Positions 1-7,228 of a DNA stretch of 15,404 bases are shown here, piece after piece. This stretch comes from Clostridia bacterium (GTDB taxonomy: Bacteria; Bacillota; Clostridia; Christensenellales; Aristaeellaceae), in NCBI GenBank assembly GCA_045599485.1, contig JAZRWA010000020.1, forward strand, positions 1 to 15,404, read 5' to 3'. The notes beneath the pieces are model-generated. The model did not search any database, was not told the origin of the DNA, and was given only the letters and a program-made list of their open reading frames with translations. Each line of letters begins with the position of its first letter. The first letter of the stretch is position 1. The translations under genes were made by a program, and so were the position numbers.

Positions 1-748
1 CGGTGACCATCCTGTTGTGCTTCCTGCCTTGGATACTGACTTTAACGAATAGTTTTTGCGCCGTATGCACCCATCCGCAAAGCTGCATCACCGGCAAAAG
101 ACAAGCGTGACCCGCCTGGCGCACGAGACGGCTTTGAAGGAAGAGGAGGACGAGACCGCCGATACCAAGCGCCGTCCCCTGGAGCTGTCCCGCGCCCTGC
201 CCCCGCTGCCCGACTTTATGAAAAAGGAATCCGGCCTATCCGCCGCTGACCGCGGCACCGCCATGCACCGCGTGCTGGGGCTGCTGGACCTGAGCAAGGT
301 CCGGGACATTGCCTCCCTTTCCGTCCTCGATCAGACCGCGCCCATCCGGGCCGAGCTTGAACGGATGCTGTCCCTGGGGCTGTTGACCCAGCCGGAGTAC
401 GATGCCCTGCAAAGTCATCAGATCGCCGCCTTCCTGCTCTCGCCCCTTGGTCAGCGCATGCTGCACTCGCCGTAGGTGCACCGCGAGTGGCCCTTCTATA
501 TGATGCCGGAGGATATGCTCATTCAGGGGGTCATCGACCTGTGCTTCTGGGAGGGGGACGGCTGGGTATTGGCGGATTACAAGACCGACCGCTGTGACGG
601 GGCGGAGCTGTATCGCCGCTATGCCGAGCAGCTGCGCTGGTACGGACGCGCGCTTTCCACCATCACCTGGCTGCCGGTCAGGGAATTGTGGCTGTTTTCC
701 CTTCGCAGCGGCAAGGCCATTGCCGTGGAAGGCTTTGCCGACCCTTGA
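1..748 (+). CDS. addA: AddA-type ATP-dependent helicase/nuclease subunit A, C-terminal RecB-family nuclease domain. The 5' end lies outside the window. One reading frame is interrupted by an in-frame TAG at 473-475.
   Basis: Track ORFs 56-475 and 476-748 are the same frame (both coordinates = 2 mod 3), separated only by TAG 473-475. The upstream part carries SAADRGTAMHRVL. The downstream part carries REWPF and VIDLCFWEGDGWVLADYKTDR, a PD-(D/E)XK / DYKTD-type motif typical of the AddA C-terminus. The gene ends at TGA 746-748. Frame assignment for nt 1-55 is uncertain: there is a further TAG at 50-52 in this frame. Confidence 0.7.
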
Positions 749-774
749 TTTATGCCCCCCGGATGGGGTATAAT
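745..774 (+). promoter_or_regulatory. Candidate sigma-A promoter for the DUF1385-prmC operon
   Basis: TTGATT (745-750), 18-nt spacer, TATAAT (769-774). It lies about 55 nt upstream of ATG 828 and overlaps the addA stop. Confidence 0.4.
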
Positions 775-827
775 ATACAGGAAAAAGTGTTTTGTAAGCG
801 GTTTTGCCGCTTTGGAAAGGAATTTTT

Positions 828-1847
828 ATGAGCAAAAAAGACGAACCCAAGCGCGTCGACATTGGCGGTCAGGCCGTCCTGGAAGGCGTCATGATGCGCT
901 CTCCCGAGTGGGTCGCCCTGGCGGTGCGCCGTCCCGACGGCTCCATCGTCATGAAGCGCGACCCCTGGGTCGCCCCCGCCAAGAAGCACAAGTGGATGGG
1001 GCTGCCCTTTATCCGCGGTGCCGTCAGCATGGCCATGATGCTCACCGTGGGCATGAAAACGCTGTCCGACAGTGCCAAGATGAGCGGACAGGAGGAGGAA
1101 GAGCCCTCCAAATTCGAAAAATGGCTGTCCCAGAAGCTGGGCAAGAGCATTGAGACCGTGGTCATGGCGGTCGCCGCCGTGCTGGCGGTGGTACTGAGCG
1201 TGGGGCTGTTTGTGCTCCTTCCCAACGCCATCATCAAGCTGTTCCCCGATTCGGGCTCCAGCGGCATGCTGCTGATGAAAAACCTCATCACCGGTCTGGT
1301 ACGCACCGTCATTCTGGTGGGCTACATGATGCTGTGCCGCCGCATTCCCGATATGCTGCGCACCTTCCGCTATCACGGCGCCGAGCACAAAACGGTATAC
1401 TGCAACGAGCACAACCTTGAATTGACGCCCGAAAACGCGCAGCAGTTTACCACCCTGCACCCCCGCTGCGGCACCAGCTTTATCCTCATCACCTTCATTC
1501 TTTCCATCATTTTCTACAGCATCATTGATGTTCTGGTGCTAATTCTTACCGGATACAACATGGGTAACAGCTACCTGCTGCGTGTATTGAGCCGCATCGT
1601 GCTGCTGCCCCTGGTGGCGGGCATCAGCTATGAGGCGCTGTTCTTCCTCGCGCATCACGAGGGCAAGGCCTGCGACATCCTGCGCAAGCCGGGCATGCAG
1701 CTGCAGCGTCTGACCACGGCGGAGCCCGATGCCGCCATGCTGGAAGTCGCCATTGCCGCCATGAAGGCCGCCAAGGGCGAACCCATGGAAGGCGAAGTCA
1801 CCCCCGAGGGCTACGTCATCGTGTCCCCGGCAAAGGAGAACGCATGA
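828..1847 (+). CDS. DUF1385 (YqhQ-like) membrane protein
   Basis: Motifs GGQAVLEGVMMR and YHGAEHK, several hydrophobic helices and high GC3 codon bias. ATG 828 is preceded by GGAAAGGAA (813-821). The track ORF starts earlier at 804, but 828 has the RBS. The TGA stop overlaps the prmC start (ATGA 1844-1847). Confidence 0.85.
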   Translation: MSKKDEPKRVDIGGQAVLEGVMMRSPEWVALAVRRPDGSIVMKRDPWVAPAKKHKWMGLPFIRGAVSMAMMLTVGMKTLSDSAKMSGQEEEEPSKFEKWLSQKLGKSIETVVMAVAAVLAVVLSVGLFVLLPNAIIKLFPDSGSSGMLLMKNLITGLVRTVILVGYMMLCRRIPDMLRTFRYHGAEHKTVYCNEHNLELTPENAQQFTTLHPRCGTSFILITFILSIIFYSIIDVLVLILTGYNMGNSYLLRVLSRIVLLPLVAGISYEALFFLAHHEGKACDILRKPGMQLQRLTTAEPDAAMLEVAIAAMKAAKGEPMEGEVTPEGYVIVSPAKENA

Positions 1848-2674
1848 CTATCAAGCAAGCGCTGCGCCTTGGTACGCAGGCACTGGAAGCCGCTTCCGTG
1901 CCCGATGCCGCCTGGGACGCGGCGCTTCTTCTTGCCCACGTGACCTCAAAGCCCGCGCTCTGGCTGCGGGCAAACGGCTTTGAGGAGCTGGGAAGCCCCC
2001 TTTATGAGCAATTTGACGCGCTCATCGCCCGCCGCGCCGCGCGGGAACCGCTGCAGTACATTCTGGGTTCGGTGGCTTTTGAAGGCGTGGAAATTGCCGT
2101 ATCGCCCGATGCCCTGATCCCCCGCATGGATACCGAGGTGCTGTTTGAGCGGACGGCGCTGCGGCTGCGCGGCACCGAAAAGGTGCTTGATCTTTGCACC
2201 GGCACGGGCGTGCTCGCCATCGCGCTCAAGCACAGGTTCCCATCCCTCACGGTCTTTGCCGCGGATAAAAGCGATGCGGCGCTGGCGCTGGCGCAGATCA
2301 ACGCGCTGCGCAATCAAACCGCCGTTCATTTTCGTCAGGGCGATCTGTTTGAGGCGGTGGGGGAGGAACGTTTTGACCTCATTCTTTCCAACCCGCCCTA
2401 CATTTGCGCCGCGGATATGCGGACCCTGCAGGAGGAAGTGCTTCGGGAGCCGCGCATGGCGCTCTTTGGCGGCGAGGACGGGCTGGATTTTTACCGGCGC
2501 ATTGTCGCAGAAGCCCCCAACCACCTCGTGCCCGGCGGCGCTTTGCTGTTTGAGATCGCCTGCTCGCAGGCGGCCGATGTTTCCGCCCTGATGGCTTCTC
2601 ATTTTGATGCCATCACCGTCACCCGCGACCTTTCCGGTCTGGACCGCTGCGTCGAAGGGACGCTGCGGGGATAA
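1844..2674 (+). CDS. prmC: Peptide chain release factor N5-glutamine methyltransferase (PrmC/HemK)
   Basis: SAM-binding VLDLCTGTGVLA, catalytic NPPY (ILSNPPYI), REPRMAL/GGEDGL motif and LEPLQYILG-like REPLQYILG. Translationally coupled to the upstream gene. Stop TAA 2672-2674. Confidence 0.9.
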   Translation: MTIKQALRLGTQALEAASVPDAAWDAALLLAHVTSKPALWLRANGFEELGSPLYEQFDALIARRAAREPLQYILGSVAFEGVEIAVSPDALIPRMDTEVLFERTALRLRGTEKVLDLCTGTGVLAIALKHRFPSLTVFAADKSDAALALAQINALRNQTAVHFRQGDLFEAVGEERFDLILSNPPYICAADMRTLQEEVLREPRMALFGGEDGLDFYRRIVAEAPNHLVPGGALLFEIACSQAADVSALMASHFDAITVTRDLSGLDRCVEGTLRG

Positions 2675-2681
2675 GGACGAT

Positions 2682-2746
2682 GCAGGGGAACCACGCTTTC
2701 CGAAGCCGGAAAGCATGGTTCCCCTGCACCCCTCCGAGAAAGGGCA
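2682..2746 (+). repeat. Type-1 structured repeat, copy A1 (46-nt hairpin plus conserved tail)
   Basis: Hairpin GCAGGGGAACCACGCTTTCCG-AAGC-CGGAAAGCATGGTTCCCCTGC (2682-2727) followed by tail ACCCCTCCGAGAAAGGGCA. Near-identical copy at 8375-8439. Starts 7 nt after the prmC stop. Confidence 0.9.
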
Positions 2747-2763
2747 GATTCATTTCATTTTCA

Positions 2764-2838
2764 GGGGGAGAGGTACGCTTTTCGAAGCCGAAAAGCATAC
2801 CTCTCCCCCTGTGACCCCCTCTCGGAGAAAAGGCAGAC
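2764..2838 (+). repeat. Type-1 structured repeat, copy B1 (variant stem)
   Basis: Hairpin GGGGGAGAGGTACGCTTTTCGAAGCCGAAAAGCATACCTCTCCCCC (2764-2809) is identical to 11184-11229. Tail TGTGACCCCCTCTCGGAGAAAAGGCAGAC. It shares the central ACGCTTT..AAAGCAT core with the A copies. Confidence 0.9.
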
Positions 2839-2937
2839 TTTAGCATAACATCATAACACTCTTACTTCGGTGTCAGATGCTTTCTTCAAAGCAAAAAACG
2901 TATTGCATGCATATCCAGTAAAGGATTGGTGAAAAAA

Positions 2938-3171
2938 GTGAGCAAGATAATTGAAGCTGACATTTTATCAGAAGGCAGAAAGAGAATAAAAATTACACTA
3001 ATAAATGATGAAGTGATTTATGGTGTATCAATGGGAATTATTCCTGCTGTTGATAACGAAGGAGAATAGCTTGATTATGATGTGCTTGTTTTTGATGCGT
3101 ATTCTCCGAATTCATATTTCAAACTGACAGATGAAATGATCAAAAGTATTGAACAAGTGAATAGTATCTAA
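2938..3171 (+). CDS. Small hypothetical protein (about 77 codons) in a low-GC island, with an in-frame TAG at 3067-3069
   Basis: GTG 2938 (alternatives TTG 2926 or GTG 2929), with AAGGA at 2921-2925. Translation: VSKIIEADILSEGRKRIKITLINDEVIYGVSMGIIPAVDNEGE-TAG-LDYDVLVFDAYSPNSYFKLTDEMIKSIEQVNSI-TAA. The frame stays open for 33 more codons after the TAG in AT-rich DNA, and a strong terminator follows. No family recognised. Confidence 0.35.
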
Positions 3172-3198
3172 CATATAGCGTTTTTGTTTATGAAAAAG

Positions 3199-3223
3199 GC
3201 ACTGATCACAATCAGTGCTTTTT
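3199..3223. terminator. Rho-independent terminator, bidirectional in appearance
   Basis: GCACTGAT (3199-3206), loop CACA, ATCAGTGC (3211-3218), then TTTTT (3219-3223). AAAAA precedes it at 3193-3197. It sits 28 nt after the small-ORF stop. Confidence 0.6.
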
Positions 3224-3274
3224 ATCAAGAGTAACTGTTCAATATAGCAGTAACGGTATTCATCAGTAAAATAA

Positions 3275-3326
3275 CACCCTTGTCCTGATGTCAGAAACCT
3301 TTCATCAGGGCAAGGGTGCATTTTTT
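3275..3326. repeat. Type-2 hairpin repeat (ATAACACCCTTG... family), terminator-like
   Basis: CACCCTTGTCCTGATG (3275-3290) pairs with CATCAGGGCAAGGGTG (3303-3318) with one T:G pair, followed by CATTTTTT. Related copies at 11277-11316, 13363-13405 and 14705-14747. Confidence 0.75.
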
Positions 3327-3338
3327 CATTTAAAGAAC

Positions 3339-3396
3339 CGCTTTTTCGCGGAGGGCTTGGGAACCGCCCTTTTGGACTTCAAAAAGGGGGTTCCCA
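3339..3396 (-). repeat. Type-1 structured repeat, copy C1 (inverted orientation)
   Basis: Inverted tail CGCTTTTTCGCGGAGGGC (3339-3356), then hairpin TTGGGAACCGCCCTTTTGG-ACTT-CAAAAAGGGGGTTCCCA (3357-3396). Very similar to 14769-14828. It lies 52 nt downstream of the minus-strand hydrolase stop. Confidence 0.85.
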
Positions 3397-3448
3397 TATC
3401 CTTTTCCGTCTCGTCTTCAGGGCGGGGGATCTCGCCCTGGTTCAGCGA

Positions 3449-4750
3449 TTACTGGGCGGCGCTGTGGCGGATGGTCATGCCGCGGGGAGCGGTATAGACG
3501 GTCTCAAAGCCCTTCCAGTAGTTGACACCGTAGATGCAGTTGGCGCCGACGGGCTCCAGCACATCCAGGTATTCCATCTTTTCGGTCTCGCCCTTCAGCT
3601 TGGCATCCAGGAAAGCGGTGATGAAGTGATCGGTATAGCCGTTCACATTCCACAGATCCCAGATAACGTCGCCCCAGCGGCGCATGTCAGCCAGGGAGCG
3701 ATCCTGCACATCGACGGGCACGGGGTTGGTGATGATGCTGTGATCCAGCATATCGAAGGTCACAAAGTAACGATCGGTATTGACGGTCTTGGCATACATA
3801 TCCAGCACCTGGGCATGGGGCACGATGGTGTCGTAGGTGCCCTGCATCCACAGGGTGGGGGTGTCGATGTTCACAAAGCTGGACTCGTCAAACATGGGCT
3901 GACCCCAGGGGGCGCACAGCACGGCAGCGCTCAGGCGCTTGTCGCCGACGTAGTCTTCAGCTTCGAGCAGCAGGTCTTCATAAGCGGCGATGCGGGCATC
4001 GGCAGCGATGGCGTCCTTGCTCAGCTTGGCACCCAGGGTGCGCAGCAGGCCGTAACCGCCGAAGCTGTAGCCGATCATACCGACGCATTCAGGCTTGAGC
4101 ATGCCGGCCAGGAAGCCTTCGGCATTCAGGCCCTCGAGGGCGTCGATGGTGTGGCGCTGGTCCAGCGTACGGTTCATGATGGCGCTGATCCAGGCGATGT
4201 CGGGGTTGAAGGCGGACACGCCGGTATCGGTGTGCTCCAGAGCCAGAACCACATAGCCCTTGGTGGCCAGGTTCTCGCCCAGGTGGCTCATCAGGTAGCG
4301 GCTGCCGGGATAGCCGTGGGTCACGATGACCACGGGATAGGGACCATCAGCCAGATAGGGATCGGCGTCACGCATGGCGCGGCCCACGAAATCAAAGGCT
4401 TCCAGGTCGTTGGTGTCGCTGCGGCCCATGTGATCGGTGTAGGTGGACAGCTGCACGGCGCCTTCGGCGACCACAGCGGGATACCACACTTCCACGGTCA
4501 GCACGCGGTCATGCAGGGGACGGGGATTTTCGGCGGTAATGGCGGCCAGGTCGACCTGGTCGGGGGTCACGATCTCAATGGTGCGCACGCCGATGGCGTA
4601 CTCGCCGCGCTTGGCCAGCGCGGGGGAGGAGGCGATCGGGTCACCGATCACAGAGCCGACGGGATAGCCTTCTTCGTACACCAGCGTATCGGCGACGGCC
4701 GCGGAGAACAGCATCACAAGGGCGAACAGGATAGCAAGAATTCGCTTCAT
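3449..4750 (-). CDS. Secreted alpha/beta hydrolase (dienelactone hydrolase / PAF-acetylhydrolase-like esterase)
   Basis: 433-aa ORF. N-terminal signal peptide MKRILAILFALVMLFSAAVA, nucleophile elbow GYSFGG (GxSxG), VTHGYPG oxyanion-type region, and later QGTYDT (Asp) and LDHS (His) candidates. RBS GAAGGAGAA on the minus strand (4762-4770). Stop TAA 3449-3451. Confidence 0.85.
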   Translation of the reverse strand: MKRILAILFALVMLFSAAVADTLVYEEGYPVGSVIGDPIASSPALAKRGEYAIGVRTIEIVTPDQVDLAAITAENPRPLHDRVLTVEVWYPAVVAEGAVQLSTYTDHMGRSDTNDLEAFDFVGRAMRDADPYLADGPYPVVIVTHGYPGSRYLMSHLGENLATKGYVVLALEHTDTGVSAFNPDIAWISAIMNRTLDQRHTIDALEGLNAEGFLAGMLKPECVGMIGYSFGGYGLLRTLGAKLSKDAIAADARIAAYEDLLLEAEDYVGDKRLSAAVLCAPWGQPMFDESSFVNIDTPTLWMQGTYDTIVPHAQVLDMYAKTVNTDRYFVTFDMLDHSIITNPVPVDVQDRSLADMRRWGDVIWDLWNVNGYTDHFITAFLDAKLKGETEKMEYLDVLEPVGANCIYGVNYWKGFETVYTAPRGMTIRHSAAQ

Positions 4751-4983
4751 GGTTTTTTGTTTTCTCCTTCTTCATTTTAATGGAACGGGGGAAGAGTATC
4801 AACAAGCCTCCTCCCGCGGCAGCAGCCGACGGTTTCAAGGCGGTTTTTGCGGAAATGCGCACAGAATCGATCCCCTTTCCATGCTGTGCATTCCGCGGTC
4901 TTCCGTCTGTTTTTCCGTTTCTTTCTCTGCCGGGGGGCTGCGTGTTTCTGTTTCTGCCGGACAGGCGCGTCCGGTTTTGCCGA

Positions 4984-5012
4984 TTGCTTTTTCAACGCAC
5001 CTTGCGTATAAT
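4984..5012 (+). promoter_or_regulatory. Candidate sigma-A promoter for the 5136 gene
   Basis: TTGCTT (4984-4989), 17-nt spacer, TATAAT (5007-5012). Confidence 0.4.
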
Positions 5013-5135
5013 GAAAATACTCACGCTGCGTTCATTTACACCATCGGGTCATTTGCTTTCCATATTATACAATTTTAAATGTTTTGTGTCAACAATATTC
5101 TTTACATTTCAAATCTTTTTGTAAGGAGTTCTCCC

Positions 5136-6578
5136 ATGAAAAAGATATTGTCCTTCCTCATCGCCCTGCTGCTGCTTTTTTCCTGCGCCGGCGCGGATTC
5201 CCTCATCTACGGCAGCGGCACCTGGGAATGCCCGTCCTGCGGCAGCCTCAACTGCGGTCAGCACTGCGGTGCCTGCGGCGCCCCCATCCCGCTGTGGCAG
5301 TGCCCTGCCTGCAGCGGCTTCATGACCTCGCCCTACTGCGTCAACTGCGGCATGGAAAAATACTATTCCCTCGGCACCGCCGCGCTGGCGGTGAGCGATT
5401 TTGAAGCCGCCATCGGTTATCTGGAATCGTCCCGCAGCCCCGAAGCCTGGGACGCGCTGGCCGGGGCGTGGGTTCAGGCGGCCCGAAGCTTCGAATATGA
5501 CCACGACTATGAGAATGCCCTTTATTGCTATCAGAATGCCGAAGTCTACGGCGCGGATGTTTCCGACAAAGTCTCCCACTGCAGCTACCAGCTGGCCACC
5601 GTGCTGTACCGGGAAGGCGATTATCCGGCCGCCATGGAGCTGCTGGATTCCCTCGGTGATTACAGGGACAGTGCCGACGCTGCCCGTGATTGCCGCTATC
5701 AGCAGGCCCTTTTATAGGAAGAAAACGGCCGGTTCGCCGAGGCGGCCGCCCTTTACGCGCAGATTCCGGGGTACAAGGACAGCGACAGCCGCTATCGTAC
5801 GCTCACCTGCGCGCTGGCGTCCGAATGCTTTGAAAACGGTCAGTACGACGAAGCCGCCGCGCTCTACGGCGAATTTGAATACGATGATGACTGCATGTCC
5901 CAGCGCACGGAGGCGCTTCGCCGCAGCGACCTGGTCAAACGCTTCACCCTCCAATGCTGCCTCCGCGTGGCAGATGCCGACGGCGCAATTGCCTACCGAT
6001 ACGGCTCCGCCACCGCGTATCTTGATGACCTGAACGAAGGCGATTCCCTGCAGCTGCTCCTGGCGCTGTCGGGGGCAGCTTCCGCTTCCGCGGATGTGCA
6101 GCTGCGCTGGAACGGCGGCGAATTACAGACCGCGGCGCTCTCCGCGTCTGAATTCGAACAGGCCGAATTTGTTGTCTCCCTCCCCGCCGAGGCGGGCACC
6201 TTCCCCTTTGAGGTCTTTGTCGGCGGTGTTAAGTTCAAGGAAGATACCGCCGAGATCCTGCCCTCGGGCGGTCATCGTCCCAGGGCGGTGAGATCGGAAA
6301 GTACCCGCACCGCTTCCGCCTCCGCCAATGGCTTTATGGGCCCCGTGTATGTCAAAATCACCGTAACTGACAGCAACACCCTCAGCTCCATCGTCATCGG
6401 CGATCACCGCTTCGAGGAGATCCTCGGCAGCAAGGTGCTGGAGGAGAGTTATCAGCAGCAGTTCATCGGCAAATCGCTGCCGCTTGGCCCGAATGATGTG
6501 GACGCCTGCGCCGGCGCGACCATCACCTCCGCCGCCGTGGTGGAGGCCGTCAACGCCGCCTTTGCCTCGCTTCCGTAA
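5136..6578 (+). CDS. Putative lipoprotein with double zinc ribbon, TPR-like repeats and a C-terminal FMN-binding (FMN_bind) domain. The frame contains an in-frame TAG at 5715-5717.
   Basis: RBS TAAGGAG (5122-5128), then ATG 5136. Signal and lipobox-like MKKILSFLIALLLLFSCAG, then CPSCG..CGACG..CPAC..CVNCG zinc ribbons. Repeats of the type YREGDYPAAMELL / ENGRFAEAAALY / ENGQYDEAAALY lie on both sides of the TAG. Track ORFs 5079-5717 and 5895-6578 are in the same frame, with no other stop between them. The C-terminus GFMGPVYVKITV...VDACAGATITSAAVVEAVNAA matches the FMN_bind flavinylation-type motif. Stop TAA. Confidence 0.7.
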
Positions 6579-6596
6579 AACCGATACCCTTCCCTC

Positions 6597-6633
6597 GGGG
6601 GACCGTTCCGTACGGTTCCCCGTTTCTTTTTTT
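6597..6633 (+). terminator. Rho-independent terminator
   Basis: GGGGACCGT..loop..ACGGTTCCCC (one bulge) followed by GTTTCTTTTTTT. It starts 19 nt after the 6578 stop. Confidence 0.6.
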
Positions 6634-6737
6634 GTCGTTTGCAAAAAACGTTTGCCCCGCGGCCGCCCTCCCGCAAACGTTGGTAAAGGCGTGCTGCTTC
6701 ATAAGTCGTTGCAAAAATGTTTATCTTTTGTTAGAAA

Positions 6738-7048
6738 TGTGGATAAAATCCCCTGTGGATAACTTTTGTGGATAACTTCGGTGGATAAATGGAGTTATCC
6801 ACAGGGTTTTTGCACATTGAACACGGGAAAATCAACAAAATCAAGGGTTTTTGCACCAAATTCGGTGGATAACTATGTGGATAATGTGGATAACCTCCTT
6901 TTTCTTCCCTTGCGCATATCTTGTATGTAAGCCGCGGGAGCACCACAAGACCATCATTTCTGGGCAAAATATCCCCTTTTTTTTGAGGTTATCCACCGAG
7001 TCACGGTGGATAAAAATTGGAAAAGTGGATTTTTTCGCTTGTGGATAA
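6738..7048. promoter_or_regulatory. DnaA-box cluster (oriC-like or DnaA-titration/regulatory locus)
   Basis: Perfect TTATCCACA or its complement at 6738-6746, 6754-6762, 6767-6775, 6795-6803 (opposite orientation), 6876-6884, 6885-6893 and 7040-7048. One-mismatch TTATCCACC at 6780-6788, 6864-6872, 6989-6997 and 7005-7013. A weak box at 7024-7032. The cluster lies in a 650-bp non-coding, lower-GC gap. Confidence 0.85.
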
Positions 7049-7147
7049 CCTTTCGCCGCGGGAGCGAACAGCGGCGGAATAAGAGGCGATGTCTTTCAAA
7101 AAGCGTCTTTGATGTCATAAAACCGTAACAATTAAAGATCCGAATCA

Positions 7148-7156
7148 TGGTATACT
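7148..7156 (+). promoter_or_regulatory. Possible extended -10 promoter element for the 7229 gene
   Basis: TGgTATACT (7148-7156). There is no convincing -35. Confidence 0.3.
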
Positions 7157-7228
7157 GATACAGGCGGAAAAAAGCGGCTCACGCCGTCCCTCCGCCGCAA
7201 AAAGCGAACGATCCGAAAGGAAAACGAT

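Noticed and set aside
50-52. A sixth in-frame TAG near the window edge in the addA frame.
   Set aside because: Only 16 codons lie upstream of it. Those codons have poor GC3 bias in this frame, while another frame (from nt 3) looks at least as coding-like. I cannot tell the true frame of nt 1-55, so this TAG is counted only as possible.
50-748. Reading the TAG-interrupted genes (addA, lipoprotein, hemW, small ORF) as ordinary pseudogenes or as pairs of split genes.
   Set aside because: Not excluded, but judged less likely. All lesions are TAG. There are no frameshifts or other nonsense codons. The downstream halves lack starts or RBSs, and codon bias is undiminished after each TAG. I keep this as the null hypothesis in the main finding.
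2682-2727. The idea that the conserved central C:A mismatch (ACGC opposite GCAT) marks an RNA made from the opposite strand, where it would be a G:U pair.
   Set aside because: The gene-proximal copies are all oriented so that the mRNA-sense transcript carries the C:A version. The mismatch could simply be inherited from the founder copy. No strand-specific conclusion is justified.
2604-2843. Short ORFs with recurring peptides such as FPKPESMVPLHPSEKGQ and MPFLGGVQGNHAFRLRKAWFPC (2604-2843, 2619-2846, 8360-8638, 8373-8666, the 5' part of 7145-8440, 11113-11307, 13223-13486 and the 5' part of 14649-15404).
   Set aside because: They are translations of the palindromic intergenic repeats in both orientations. 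They have no RBS or consistent frame, and the similarity is at the DNA level.
3190-3234. 14-codon mini-ORF MKKALITISAFYQE after the small ORF.
   Set aside because: It overlaps the terminator hairpin, is too short to evaluate and has no RBS.
4957-4978. Hairpin CCGGAC-AGGCGC-GTCCGG followed by TTTT, in the divergent intergenic region between the hydrolase and lipoprotein genes.
   Set aside because: The stem is short, the T-tract is only four residues, and no upstream gene would terminate there. It may be incidental or an operator; evidence is insufficient.
6738-7048. Calling the DnaA-box cluster the chromosomal origin outright.
   Set aside because: No dnaA, dnaN or rpmH is in the window. I could not identify a clear DnaA-trio or AT-rich unwinding element. 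Gene orientation to the left (+ strand) is opposite to what is expected for genes diverging from an origin. It is reported as oriC-like or a titration site pending GC-skew evidence.
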